From: Actinobacteria bacterium UBA7524
GTDB taxonomy: Bacteria > Actinomycetota > Coriobacteriia > Anaerosomatales > UBA912
NCBI GenBank assembly: GCA_002478275.1
Contig: DLMY01000030.1
Span: 1 to 64,000, forward strand
Direction: 5' to 3'
Length of the DNA stretch: 64,000 bases
Part shown: piece by piece, positions 29,393 through 39,271 of the stretch
How positions within the stretch are numbered: the stretch's first letter is position 1
Layout of the letters: each line of letters begins with the position of its first letter
Made by a program: the position numbers and the translations under genes
The notes under the pieces: model-generated
What the model saw: the letters and a program-made list of their open reading frames with translations, nothing else
Told to the model about the DNA's origin: nothing
Databases searched by the model: none

Positions 29393-30118
29393 TCAGGGCG
29401 ATCGTTCGCCTTGTGGGCGTTCGTCCCGATGTTGTACCGCAAGCCGCACAAGGGCTGTGGCGACGTGGACGAACTGTCGACCACGGTGGGTGAAGCCTTT
29501 CAGATCACGGCCTGTCGCTGCATGTGTCATACGGGTCGGAATCTCGATGAGCCGCAGGCCGGCGCGAAGCGCCCAGATGGTCATGGCGACCTCGACCCCG
29601 TATCCCGAAGCGAGTGGCTGCACTGCGTGGAGTGCGGAGGCATTCAGCGCACGTTGGCCCGAGAGGGGGGCGGTGGCGTCGAAGGGGCCGCCCAGTGCGC
29701 GGATCCCGAAACGGGCGAGACCCATCACCAGACCGAAACCTGCCTTCTTCTGCGGCTTCGGGAACGCCGCTATGCTCATATCGGCCTCACCCCGGACGAT
29801 CGGCTCGAGAAGCAACGCAGCCTCCTGCGCGCTTCCGCCCAGATCGGCGTCGATGAACATGACGATATCCGCACTCCCGCACAGGTGGTCGATGCCCGTC
29901 TGAAGTGCGCCTCCCTTGCCGAGATTCGAGGTCAGCGAGAGGACTTCGGCTCCGGCCAGTCTCGCTTGTCCTACCGTGTCATCCGAGGAATGATCGTCCA
30001 CGACGACGATTCTGTCGATGCCCTTGATGGTTCGGAGTGCGTCAACGGTCGACCCGATCAGGTCCGCTTCGTCATGCGCCGGAACCAGGGCGGTGATCAT
30101 GATGCGCTCACCGGGCAT
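29393..30118 (-). CDS. Family 2 glycosyltransferase (polyprenol-phosphate sugar synthase / GpgS-like)
   Basis: VPAHDE, VVVDDHSSDDT, NLGKGGAL, FIDAD, PLSGQRA, GYGVE. Confidence 0.9.
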   Translation of the reverse strand: MPGERIMITALVPAHDEADLIGSTVDALRTIKGIDRIVVVDDHSSDDTVGQARLAGAEVLSLTSNLGKGGALQTGIDHLCGSADIVMFIDADLGGSAQEAALLLEPIVRGEADMSIAAFPKPQKKAGFGLVMGLARFGIRALGGPFDATAPLSGQRALNASALHAVQPLASGYGVEVAMTIWALRAGLRLIEIPTRMTHAATGRDLKGFTHRGRQFVHVATALVRLAVQHRDERPQGERSP

Positions 30119-31712
30119 CGGTCCGCACCCCGAGTCGGCTTACCAGACGTCGTAGCATGGAAGCGGCCAACTCGACCTCGGGAACCCGGAGTAACGTGGC
30201 CGCCAGCCAGGTGACGCCAAGACCGGCCACGCCACCCGCAAGGACGGTCCCGATCGCGCGTACGGGTTGGCCGGCGGTATCCGGGAGCATGACTGAGACA
30301 CCCCACGCGGTAAGTCCTCCCAGAGCGGAGGCCGCCATGATGCGTGCGGTCACCCAAGTGATGCCGCGGATGTCGTATCCGCCGACCTTTCTGCGCAGAA
30401 GTACCGCGAGAACGAGCATGCTTGCGCCGTAGAACACACCGTCCGCGATCGGGATACCGATCAAACCGATGCCGGCAAAGCGTGTGGTCCCGGTGGTGAG
30501 AAGAGCGTAAAGACCGATATGCAGACCGACGAGTGCAAGGTTCGCGAGCATGGGGGTACGCGTGTCTTTGAGCGAGTAGAAAGACTTCAGGATGTACATG
30601 AAGGCGGCGAAGAAGAAGAGCCCCGCGCCCCACCACTGGAGGACCGCGGTCACTGTGGGTATGTCCTCGGCGGTGAAGCGGCCCGCCCGGTACAGGGTGA
30701 CCAGAGGTTCGGCAAGTGCTATGAGCATCGCGGCCATAGGGATTATCAGCATCCCGGTCGCACGCAGCCCGCGAGAGAACTGGGCACGGAACGCGACCAG
30801 GTCACGCTTGCCTGCGGCCTCGGAAAGTTCCGTGAATATCGCAGTAGCGAGCGCAACCGCAAGCACCCCGTACGGCAGCTGGTAGAACATCCATGCGTAG
30901 CTCAGCGTCGCAGGGCCTTCGGGCGCGACCGCGAATGCGTAGGCGTTGCGGAACGAGATGGCGACCATGTTGGTCGCGACGTAGATCATGGTCGGTATTG
31001 CCATGCGCCCCATGGCACGCAGGCCAGGGTGGGAGAAGTCGATCTTGAAAGAGTAGCTCGGGCGCAGTTTGAGCAGACTCGGAATCTGTACGGCGAACAT
31101 CACGAGTACACCCAAGGTGGTGCCGACGGCCAGCCACCAGTTCGCGGGCCCCGGGTCACGGGGAGCCAGGTAGACGTATACGAACATCGTGACTATCACG
31201 ATGAGGTTGTTGAAGACCGGCCCCAGCGCCGGCCACAGGAACTGTCGCCTGGCGTTGAGGAGGCCTGCGATCACCGCTCCCGCACCGTAGAACAGCACCT
31301 GCACGGCGAAGACCCGGAAGAAGAACGTTGCGAGCAACGCCTCTTCGGGACTGGTCCGGAAGGTCTGGGTACGCACCACCGCGCCCGCCCATATCGTGGC
31401 AGCCAATGCGATGAGGCCCAAGACGATGACGGTCAGGTTGAACGTGTAACTGGCGTAGCGCCACGCGTCTTCTTCGCCGCGCTGCTCGAGACTGTCCAGG
31501 AAGACGGGGATGAACAGGGAGGAGAGGATGCCCCCCGCGACCAGCTCGTACACCATGTTCGGGATGTTGTTGGCGACGTGGTACGACGCGGCCAGTGCGG
31601 TGACGCCCAGCGCGTAGGCGGTGGCCCACATCCGGACGAATCCCGTGATGCGCGAGAGCGCCGTTGACATGGACATGACAGCTGTTGAACGCGCGATCGT
31701 GGGGCGTGTGAT
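30108..31712 (-). CDS. murJ: MurJ/MviN family (MOP) flippase; first ATG at 31676, likely start at ATC 31712
   Basis: SRITGFVR, ANNIPNMVYELVAGG.LSS.FIP, YQLPYG, FYSLKDTRTP; many TM segments. Confidence 0.92.
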   Translation of the reverse strand: MTRPTIARSTAVMSMSTALSRITGFVRMWATAYALGVTALAASYHVANNIPNMVYELVAGGILSSLFIPVFLDSLEQRGEEDAWRYASYTFNLTVIVLGLIALAATIWAGAVVRTQTFRTSPEEALLATFFFRVFAVQVLFYGAGAVIAGLLNARRQFLWPALGPVFNNLIVIVTMFVYVYLAPRDPGPANWWLAVGTTLGVLVMFAVQIPSLLKLRPSYSFKIDFSHPGLRAMGRMAIPTMIYVATNMVAISFRNAYAFAVAPEGPATLSYAWMFYQLPYGVLAVALATAIFTELSEAAGKRDLVAFRAQFSRGLRATGMLIIPMAAMLIALAEPLVTLYRAGRFTAEDIPTVTAVLQWWGAGLFFFAAFMYILKSFYSLKDTRTPMLANLALVGLHIGLYALLTTGTTRFAGIGLIGIPIADGVFYGASMLVLAVLLRRKVGGYDIRGITWVTARIMAASALGGLTAWGVSVMLPDTAGQPVRAIGTVLAGGVAGLGVTWLAATLLRVPEVELAASMLRRLVSRLGVRTDAR

Positions 31713-31894
31713 CTCAGACTCCGTTCGTAGGTCGGTAGTGCTGTCTTATTCGGCCGAACGTATTGTACCGTTCCCATCCGCTATACTTTCCGGTGGGCGC
31801 TGTTTGTCATGATTCCGTTTCGATGACAGCGACCGAATCCCCTGGAGATGTGAAGTGCACGTCGTCATGCCCGGCGTGCCTTGGAGGTGTGCGG

Positions 31895-34306
31895 ATGAAG
31901 ACATACGTATCGGTGGCAAGATCGCCGTTTCGTGCGATCGCCACCACGGGACTGCGTGCCGTGGCATCTCTGGCTCTGTGCGCATCCGTGTTGCCCACGC
32001 CATGTTCGAGCGCTTTCGCATCGACCCCGGACGTGTCTGTGCGCAGGGTCGTCATCGTGCTTGCTCCATATCTGAGCTGGTCTGACATCGAGCAGGGTTA
32101 TGCTCCCTTCCTTGCCCGACTTGCCGAGGAAGGCGCCGTAGCGAACTTGAACACCAACAGCCGGAACCGTGCCGCGGTTCGCCCGGACATCCCGGTACAG
32201 GGGGCGCTGACGCTCTCGTCGGGGGTATGGGCCGCTGCAGACCCGGACGCCGCCGCTGCATATGGGATCGATGAAGAGGTCTCGGTGGGTACGGCCGGCG
32301 ATGCATACATGAGGGTCATGGGAGTGGGGCCGGCTGAAGCCTCGATCGTCTACCTCGGACTGCCACGGGCGCAGCGGTTCAACGCGCGATCCTCCACGCT
32401 CGATGTGCGTCTCGGGGGACTAGGCGAGGCGATCACGGCAGCTGGGGGTGTGACGGCGGCGATAGGCAATTCGGACCTCGGTCATCCGGTGCGCGATGGT
32501 TGGAGGATCAGGCCTGCAGCCATCGTCGCGATGGACGAGTCAGGACGTGTCGGCCTGGGGGACGTGTCCCAGGACCTGCTCGTCGAAGACTCCCGGGCAC
32601 CGTTCGGGGTAGTCACGGATCACAACAAGTTCGCGGCGGCTTACAGGCGTACCCTTGACGAACTCGACGGGCATGAAGGCCCTCAGCTGGTAGTGCTCGA
32701 TCCGGGTGACCTGGTACGCGCTGAGGTCTTCCGGCCCGATGTCGCTGCCCAGGTCTCAGAGAGGCACCATCTTGAGGCCGTGCGCTCGCTCGACCGTATA
32801 GTAAGGCTGGTTGCCGAGGAGATGGCACAGGATGCCGTTCTCTTGGTAGTGCCGCAGACGACGACCAGGTCACTCGCCGGACCGGCGCCTTTCGTACCCC
32901 TGATCGCCTGGTCCCCGGCCGACCTTGGCTGGAGCGGCGTCTTACTCACCTCATCGTCGACCCAGCAACGTGGCCTTGTCACGAACATGGACGTTCCCGT
33001 CACGATAACGAGGTTGCTGGGGGTGGAGCGTCCCGTTTCCTTCCTGGGAAACCAGCTCGTCAGTCAGAGTGCGGAACCCACTCTGCAGCAGAGGATCGAC
33101 TACCTCCAGCACTTCAGCGATGTGGCTGTGGCGATAGAAGCAGCTCGGGTCCCGGCGATCAACACGTTCATCGGACTGACGATGCTCGTCCTTGGCATCT
33201 CCGTGTTCGTGCTCTTTCGGTTCCAGCGTTGGTCGACGAACTTTGCTGTCGGGCTTTCCTCGGCATCGAGGTCTGCGTTGCTCGCATGCCTTGCAGCCCC
33301 CTTCGCATCGACGGCGATGTTCGCGTCGGGTCTTGATCCTGTCACGCGCGAGCGGGCGTTACTGGTCTTCGGCCTTCTGACAGCCATGATCTGGGTCATC
33401 GCCATGGCCTTTTCCCGGTTCGCCGCTTTCAGGGTGCCAATGGCTCTGATCGCGCTGGGCAACGCTTTGATCTTGATGATGGACCAGTGGCTAGGAGGGC
33501 CCTGGTCCTACACGGGCATCCTCAGCTTCTCGCCATTGGTGGCGGCTCGCTATTACGGCATGGGCAACGAGGGGGCCGCAATACTGATGGGCGCCCTGCC
33601 GGTCGGCCTTGCGCTGATCATCGACGAATACGCCTCACGACGATGGACGAAGATGCTGATGCGCGTGGGCTTCCCGGTCATCGGACTGATCGCCACCATC
33701 ACCGGCGCCGCGCCCTTCTTGGGCGCGAATGTGGCTGTTGCGGTGTGGGGTGCTGTCACCTTCGCCGTCGCGTGGGCGTTGACGAACCGGATCAGGATCG
33801 ACTGGCGTGTCATCACCGTGACCGTGCTGCTGGCAGTCGTCCTCATCGCTGCCTTCTCCTTCATCGACCTTGCCAAGGAGGACGGCGCGCAGACTCATCT
33901 CGGTCGTGCGTGGAGCAGTGCCGCAGAGGGAGGGATCTCGGAGCTGTGGCTCATCGTCGTCCGCAAGGCGGAGACGAACATGCGCATCCTGACGAGGACC
34001 AACTGGTCGTACCTCCTGATCGCGGTCGTCGGATTCCTGGCGTTCATGAGGTGGCGTCCGCAGGGCGACTTCGCGGAGACCTTGCGGGAGAATCCGGCCT
34101 TCTCAGCGGCCATGGCAGGCTGTCTGGCGGGTGGCGCCGTCGCGTACGTCACCGAGGACTCCGGCATCGTCATACCTGCGCTCATGGTGCTCTATGTGGG
34201 CACGGCCATTCTCTATCTGATGTTGGGCCGGCTCGAGCGTGAGAAGCGCGTGGTTCAGACAGGAGAGACCGCGACGTCCGGTTGTGCGACCGGCTCCGGA
34301 AGCTGA
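31895..34306 (+). CDS. 803-aa membrane protein: signal peptide, alkaline phosphatase/sulfatase-like ectodomain, about 10 C-terminal TM segments
   Basis: SD GGAGGT before ATG 31895; AFA cleavage site; VVIVLAPYLSWSDI..PFLARL and GLVTNMDVPVTITRLLGV; loop motifs RYYGMGNE, THLGR, EDSG. Confidence 0.75.
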   Translation: MKTYVSVARSPFRAIATTGLRAVASLALCASVLPTPCSSAFASTPDVSVRRVVIVLAPYLSWSDIEQGYAPFLARLAEEGAVANLNTNSRNRAAVRPDIPVQGALTLSSGVWAAADPDAAAAYGIDEEVSVGTAGDAYMRVMGVGPAEASIVYLGLPRAQRFNARSSTLDVRLGGLGEAITAAGGVTAAIGNSDLGHPVRDGWRIRPAAIVAMDESGRVGLGDVSQDLLVEDSRAPFGVVTDHNKFAAAYRRTLDELDGHEGPQLVVLDPGDLVRAEVFRPDVAAQVSERHHLEAVRSLDRIVRLVAEEMAQDAVLLVVPQTTTRSLAGPAPFVPLIAWSPADLGWSGVLLTSSSTQQRGLVTNMDVPVTITRLLGVERPVSFLGNQLVSQSAEPTLQQRIDYLQHFSDVAVAIEAARVPAINTFIGLTMLVLGISVFVLFRFQRWSTNFAVGLSSASRSALLACLAAPFASTAMFASGLDPVTRERALLVFGLLTAMIWVIAMAFSRFAAFRVPMALIALGNALILMMDQWLGGPWSYTGILSFSPLVAARYYGMGNEGAAILMGALPVGLALIIDEYASRRWTKMLMRVGFPVIGLIATITGAAPFLGANVAVAVWGAVTFAVAWALTNRIRIDWRVITVTVLLAVVLIAAFSFIDLAKEDGAQTHLGRAWSSAAEGGISELWLIVVRKAETNMRILTRTNWSYLLIAVVGFLAFMRWRPQGDFAETLRENPAFSAAMAGCLAGGAVAYVTEDSGIVIPALMVLYVGTAILYLMLGRLEREKRVVQTGETATSGCATGSGS

Positions 34307-34317
34307 CAAGGGGTTTG

Positions 34318-35322
34318 ATGTCCTTCCTGTTTACAGCGACGATCATCACCACCGGCGCACTTGCTCTGGCGCTGCCATGGCTCGGGATGCGTCTGTTGTG
34401 GCCTGCTCTTGCGCGCGATGGACACCGTGTGACCAATTACCGTGGTCAGCCGGTGACACTTGGTCTGGGCCTCGTGTGGGTGGTCTGGGCTGCAGGGGTC
34501 GCATCGGCTGTGCTACTCCAGAAGGTGATGGCCCATCACATCGGCGAAGCCCTCACCCCGACAGAACTCGAAACCCTCATCGGTCAGGGTTCATGGGCCG
34601 CTGCCTCACAGGTCTCAGCTGTGTACTTCCTCGCCGTGCCGATGGTCGTCTGGGCGCTCCTCTTCGGGCTTATCGACGATGTCTGGGGCGGCGCATCGGA
34701 CAAGGGCTTCAAGGGTCATCTCTCCAGTCTCGCCCGGGGTCGCGTGAGTACCGGAGCGCTGAAGGTGCTCGGCATCGGGCTGGCGTCGTTGGGTGCAGCA
34801 TGGCTGATCGTGGTCGGACGCCAGAGCGGCTCGTCGACGCTCACAACGGGGCAGCGTTTCTGGACATGGGCACTGGCGGCAGCAGTGATCGCCCTGTCGG
34901 CCAATCTCGTGAACCTGTTCGACCTGCGTCCCGGCCGGGCGCTCAAGTTCTATGGAGCATTCTCGCTTGCAGCCATCACCGCACTGGCGACGGTGTCCAC
35001 GGTTCGCGGAGCGAGCGCGACTTCTGTCGCGGTCTGGGCCTGGCTCTGGATGATCGGACCCGTGCTGGCGGTGTGGGGGTACGACCTCAGTGAACAGGGG
35101 ATGCTGGGTGACGCAGGTGCGAACGCTGCCGGAGCCCTGGCGGGATTCATCCTGGCGTACTCGCTGCAACTCGGCGGGTTGGCCGCGGCAACGGCGGTGC
35201 TCCTCGGCATGAATGTCTTGTCTGAGAAGGTGTCGTACTCGCGCCTCATCGAGTCGAATGCGGCGCTTTCGTGGCTTGACGGCCTCGGAAGGCCGGGTGA
35301 ACACCGCAAGGAGAACGGTTGA
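34318..35322 (+). CDS. Divergent MraY/WecA-like polyprenyl-phosphate sugar-1-phosphate transferase (PNPT superfamily)
   Basis: GLIDD, NLVNLFDLRPGRA and MLGDAGAN align with DD, NxxNxxDGxDG and FMGDxG of the MraY in this window. Confidence 0.78.
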   Translation: MSFLFTATIITTGALALALPWLGMRLLWPALARDGHRVTNYRGQPVTLGLGLVWVVWAAGVASAVLLQKVMAHHIGEALTPTELETLIGQGSWAAASQVSAVYFLAVPMVVWALLFGLIDDVWGGASDKGFKGHLSSLARGRVSTGALKVLGIGLASLGAAWLIVVGRQSGSSTLTTGQRFWTWALAAAVIALSANLVNLFDLRPGRALKFYGAFSLAAITALATVSTVRGASATSVAVWAWLWMIGPVLAVWGYDLSEQGMLGDAGANAAGALAGFILAYSLQLGGLAAATAVLLGMNVLSEKVSYSRLIESNAALSWLDGLGRPGEHRKENG

Positions 35323-35417
35323 CGGACGGATATCGCCGAGAAGGTCCCCGCTTCGCGGGATGCGCGGGTATAGTGGTGGTGTGCTCTTCGACGACGGCGG
35401 GAGGCTGAAGCGTTTCT

Positions 35418-37037
35418 ATGGCAAAACATATCTTCGTAACGGGTGGAGTGGTGTCCTCGCTCGGCAAGGGGATCACAGCGGCGTCGCTGGGCAGGTTGCT
35501 CAAGTCGCGCGGAGTCAAGGTCACCATCCAGAAGCTCGACCCCTATCTCAATGTCGACCCCGGTACGATGAGCCCGTTCCAGCACGGTGAGGTCTTCGTC
35601 ACCGACGATGGCGCCGAGACCGACCTCGACCTGGGACACTACGAACGCTTCATCGACGAATCGCTCACCCGTGACTGCAACGTGACCGCGGGCAAGATCT
35701 ACCAGACGATCATCAGTCGCGAGAGGCGGGGAGATTTTCTCGGCGGGACGGTGCAGGTCATCCCGCATGTGACCAACGAGATCAAAGAACGGGTCGTCCG
35801 GATCGCCGAGGACACCAATCCCGATGTCGTCATCACCGAGGTCGGTGGGACTGTAGGCGACATCGAGTCGCTGCCATTCCTGGAATCGATCCGGCAGTTG
35901 CGCCGCGACCTGGGTCGCCAGAACGTGTGCTACATCCACGTGACGCTGGTGCCGTGGATCGCAGCGTCCTCGGAGCTCAAGACGAAGCCCACCCAGCATT
36001 CAGTTCAGGAGCTGCGCAGCATCGGTATCCAGCCGGACTTCATCGTGTGCCGTTCGGACCGGGCGATCGACGAGTCGATACGCCGCAAGATCGCGCTGTT
36101 CTGCGACGTGGAGCCGCATGAGGTGATCGCGGCTGTTGACGCCAGGAGCATCTACGAGGTCCCGCTCAACCTGTCCGCTCAGAACCTCGACGGTATGGTC
36201 ATCGAGCGGCTTGCGCTGGCGTGCGGAGAGCCCGAGATGGGGGAGTGGAAGGAGTTCGTCGAGCACTCGATGTCGATCGAGCGAGAAGTGGACATAGCTC
36301 TGGTGGGCAAGTACGTGCAGCTGCCGGATGCATATCTCTCGGTGACCGAGGCGCTCGATCACGCGGGTATCTACCACGATCACAAGGTCAACGTGCACTG
36401 GGTCGACGCCGAATCCTGTACGCCCGAGGAAGTCGACGAGATGATGGCGCGTTTCGATGGTGTCCTGGTCCCGGGCGGCTTCGGTATCCGCGGTATCGAA
36501 GGCAAGATACGCGCTGCACGTTACGCGCGCGAGAATGGAGTTCCCTATCTGGGCATCTGTCTGGGTATGCAGGTCGCGGTGAGCGAATTCGCTCGTCATG
36601 TCGCCGGGCTGGACAAGGCGAATTCGACTGAGTTCGATGCGGTGACCGAGCACCCCGTGATCGACTTGATGCCCGACCAGCACGACCTGGACGACATGGG
36701 CGGTACGATGCGTCTCGGTACGTATCCGTGCAAGGTCTCTGAGGGCACGAAGGGCTTCGAGGCATATGGCGAGGAGCTCATCTACGAGCGGCACCGTCAT
36801 CGCTACGAGGTCAACAACGCTTATCGGGACAAGCTGCTGGATGCCGGGCTGGTGATCAGCGGCCTGTCTCCCGACGGGCGTCTGGTCGAGATGGTGGAGC
36901 TACCCGACCATCCCTGGTTCGTGGGCAACCAGGGCCATCCCGAGTTCAAGAGCCGTCCTACCAGGCCCGCGCCTCTGTTCCGTGATTTCGTCGGGGCAGC
37001 GACGCGGTTCCGGGCTACGCGTGAAGCACGGCCGTGA
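35418..37037 (+). CDS. pyrG: CTP synthase
   Basis: [42 protein letters not shown]. Confidence 0.98.
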   Translation: MAKHIFVTGGVVSSLGKGITAASLGRLLKSRGVKVTIQKLDPYLNVDPGTMSPFQHGEVFVTDDGAETDLDLGHYERFIDESLTRDCNVTAGKIYQTIISRERRGDFLGGTVQVIPHVTNEIKERVVRIAEDTNPDVVITEVGGTVGDIESLPFLESIRQLRRDLGRQNVCYIHVTLVPWIAASSELKTKPTQHSVQELRSIGIQPDFIVCRSDRAIDESIRRKIALFCDVEPHEVIAAVDARSIYEVPLNLSAQNLDGMVIERLALACGEPEMGEWKEFVEHSMSIEREVDIALVGKYVQLPDAYLSVTEALDHAGIYHDHKVNVHWVDAESCTPEEVDEMMARFDGVLVPGGFGIRGIEGKIRAARYARENGVPYLGICLGMQVAVSEFARHVAGLDKANSTEFDAVTEHPVIDLMPDQHDLDDMGGTMRLGTYPCKVSEGTKGFEAYGEELIYERHRHRYEVNNAYRDKLLDAGLVISGLSPDGRLVEMVELPDHPWFVGNQGHPEFKSRPTRPAPLFRDFVGAATRFRATREARP

Positions 37038-38149
37038 GCGAGCGGGTACTCGACACTTTCCTGGACCTGGTGCGGATCGACAGCCCGTCACTCTCTGAAG
37101 CCGCAGTGGCGGCGTACTGCGAGTCCGCCCTGGAGCAGGCGGGATGTGAAGTCCGCCTGGACGACAGCGCGCGCATCACGGGTTCGGACACAGGTAACCT
37201 CATCGCCACCCTTCCGGCGGTTGGCAGTGACCGCACGCTACTGTTGTCGGCCCATATGGACTGCGTCGAGCCGTGCAGGGGGGTCGTGCCGGTAGTAGAG
37301 GACGGCCTCATACGCCCCGCCGGTGAGACCGTGCTCGGCGCCGATGACAAGGCGGGTGTGGCCGCCATCATCGAGACGGTGCGAAGGCTCGCCGCGCACG
37401 ATGGACCACGACCGGCACTCCGCGTGATCCTCACCGTTGCCGAGGAGATCGGTCTGTCCGGCGCCAAGGCCCTCGATCCGAAGGACGTGAACGGCGACCT
37501 GTGCCTTGTCCTTGATGCCGACGGCGTACCTGGCGGTATCGTCATAGCCGCGCCGACCCATTACACGTTCGTTGCGACGTTCAAAGGTCTGGCGTCCCAC
37601 GCAGGGGTGGCGCCCGAGGAGGGACGCTCGGCCATAGTCATGGCCGCACGTGCGATATGCGCGATGCGTACCGGGCGGCTTGATCAAGCCACCACAGCCA
37701 ATGTCGGCACCATATCCGGTGGCACCGCCACGAATGTCGTGGCTCCGACCGCTATCGTGACCGGCGAGTGCCGCTCCCTCGACGACGCCGAAGTCGAGAT
37801 CGTCCGCCAAGAGATGGAAACGGCCATGCGCGAGGCGGCTGCGACGGGACGAGGTTCTGTCGACATCGCCTGGACCCGGGAGTACGGTTCGTTCAGCATG
37901 CCGGCGACCGGTGAACTCCCCGATCTGGTCGCTGAGGTGTGTCGTGACATCGGTCTCGTGCCGTCCACGACATCGAGCGGTGGCGGCAGCGATGCGAACA
38001 TCCTTGCCGGACACGGCGTTCCTACCCTCGTGCTCTCATGCGGCATGCAGGGACTCCATTCCACCTCGGAACGGATGGCCGTAAGCGACTTGCTCGCCCT
38101 GGCCGATCTGGTCGAAGCCGTCGCACTGCGTTTTGCGACGCAGGGGTAG
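37034..38149 (+). CDS. M20 family peptidase (peptidase T-like, YqjE-like)
   Basis: [37 protein letters not shown]. Confidence 0.92.
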   Translation: MSERVLDTFLDLVRIDSPSLSEAAVAAYCESALEQAGCEVRLDDSARITGSDTGNLIATLPAVGSDRTLLLSAHMDCVEPCRGVVPVVEDGLIRPAGETVLGADDKAGVAAIIETVRRLAAHDGPRPALRVILTVAEEIGLSGAKALDPKDVNGDLCLVLDADGVPGGIVIAAPTHYTFVATFKGLASHAGVAPEEGRSAIVMAARAICAMRTGRLDQATTANVGTISGGTATNVVAPTAIVTGECRSLDDAEVEIVRQEMETAMREAAATGRGSVDIAWTREYGSFSMPATGELPDLVAEVCRDIGLVPSTTSSGGGSDANILAGHGVPTLVLSCGMQGLHSTSERMAVSDLLALADLVEAVALRFATQG

Positions 38150-38155
38150 GGCGTC

Positions 38156-39265
38156 ATGCGTCTTGTCTGGGCCACAGTGGTCGCCATCAAGGGCTCCGAG
38201 GCAGGTTCTCAGCATCTCGACGTTGCTCTGGACGACCGCACGCGAGGCCAGGCCATCGCGTACCCGCACCTGACGGGTGAGTGCCAGGTCGCCGAACGCG
38301 TACTGCTGAACACGACCGCTGTGACACTCGGGCTCGGCACGGGCGGCGTGCATTTCGTGGTCGCACGGGCGGGCAGTGGCGAGGGGGTCGCACACGAGTC
38401 GGACTCCGGCGGTCACATCATGAAGTTGCGCTACACGCCGATACAGCACGACGTGCTCTCCGTCGAGGAGCAGGAAAGCCCGCATCACGAAGTGATGCGT
38501 ACCGCCGAGGAGATCGGCGGGATGCCCGTGGCGTGTTGCGGGTTGCACAGCCACGTACCGCTGGTCGCCGCAGCGGTCAAGGAGGCGGATCCGCGGTTGC
38601 GCATCGCATTCGTGATGAGCGATCAGGCGGCGTTGCCCATCGCGTTGTCCGATCTCGTGCGGGCTTCGGTTGCGGCCGGTCTGCTGGACACGACCATCAC
38701 GTGCGGACAGGCGTTCGGGGGAGAGCTTGAGGCCGTCAATGTCCATTCCGGTCTGCTGGCCGCGCGTCATGTGTGCCATGCAGACGTCGCCATCGTGGCT
38801 CTGGGACCCGGCGTGGTCGGGACGGCGACACCACTGGGGCACGGTGGTGTCGCGCAGGGAGAGGCTGTGAATACAGCAGCTTCGCTCAAGGGGCGACCCG
38901 TGGTGGTCCCGAGGATATCCTTCGCCGATGAACGCTCGCGGCACCGCGGAGTGAGTCACCACACGGTCACCGCATTGACGCGTGTCGCCCTGGCGCCAGC
39001 ATATGTGGCGATACCGGTCGTCCCCGGCGAGTTCAGCGATGCGATCGAGGACGCGCTTGAGAGCGCCGGTGTATGGGACCGTCATGTCAGGGTGCCCCCG
39101 CTGCCCCGTACCAGTTCATCCGGTCCCTCCCTACGGGGGGTCGAGGTACGGACGATGGGCAGGTCTGCCGCTGAAGACCCCGCGTTCTTCGCTGCCGCTT
39201 ACGCGGCCGGAGATGTGTGTGTCCGCCTTGCACACGGCGAGACGGTCACCGCCGGGTCCGGGTGA
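38156..39265 (+). CDS. DUF3866-family protein of unknown function
   Basis: LNTTAV.LGLGTGG, GHIMKLRYTP.Q, LHS, T.GQAFGG, GPGVVGT, R.SFAD.R.RH.G.SHH, TMGR...ED (family recalled from memory). Confidence 0.8.
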   Translation: MRLVWATVVAIKGSEAGSQHLDVALDDRTRGQAIAYPHLTGECQVAERVLLNTTAVTLGLGTGGVHFVVARAGSGEGVAHESDSGGHIMKLRYTPIQHDVLSVEEQESPHHEVMRTAEEIGGMPVACCGLHSHVPLVAAAVKEADPRLRIAFVMSDQAALPIALSDLVRASVAAGLLDTTITCGQAFGGELEAVNVHSGLLAARHVCHADVAIVALGPGVVGTATPLGHGGVAQGEAVNTAASLKGRPVVVPRISFADERSRHRGVSHHTVTALTRVALAPAYVAIPVVPGEFSDAIEDALESAGVWDRHVRVPPLPRTSSSGPSLRGVEVRTMGRSAAEDPAFFAAAYAAGDVCVRLAHGETVTAGSG

Positions 39266-39271
39266 GCGTTC

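Noticed and set aside
35340..35417. Bacillus-type pyrG reiterative-transcription attenuator
   Set aside because: A TATAGT -10 is present, but no GGGC start or U-tract terminator was seen in the leader.
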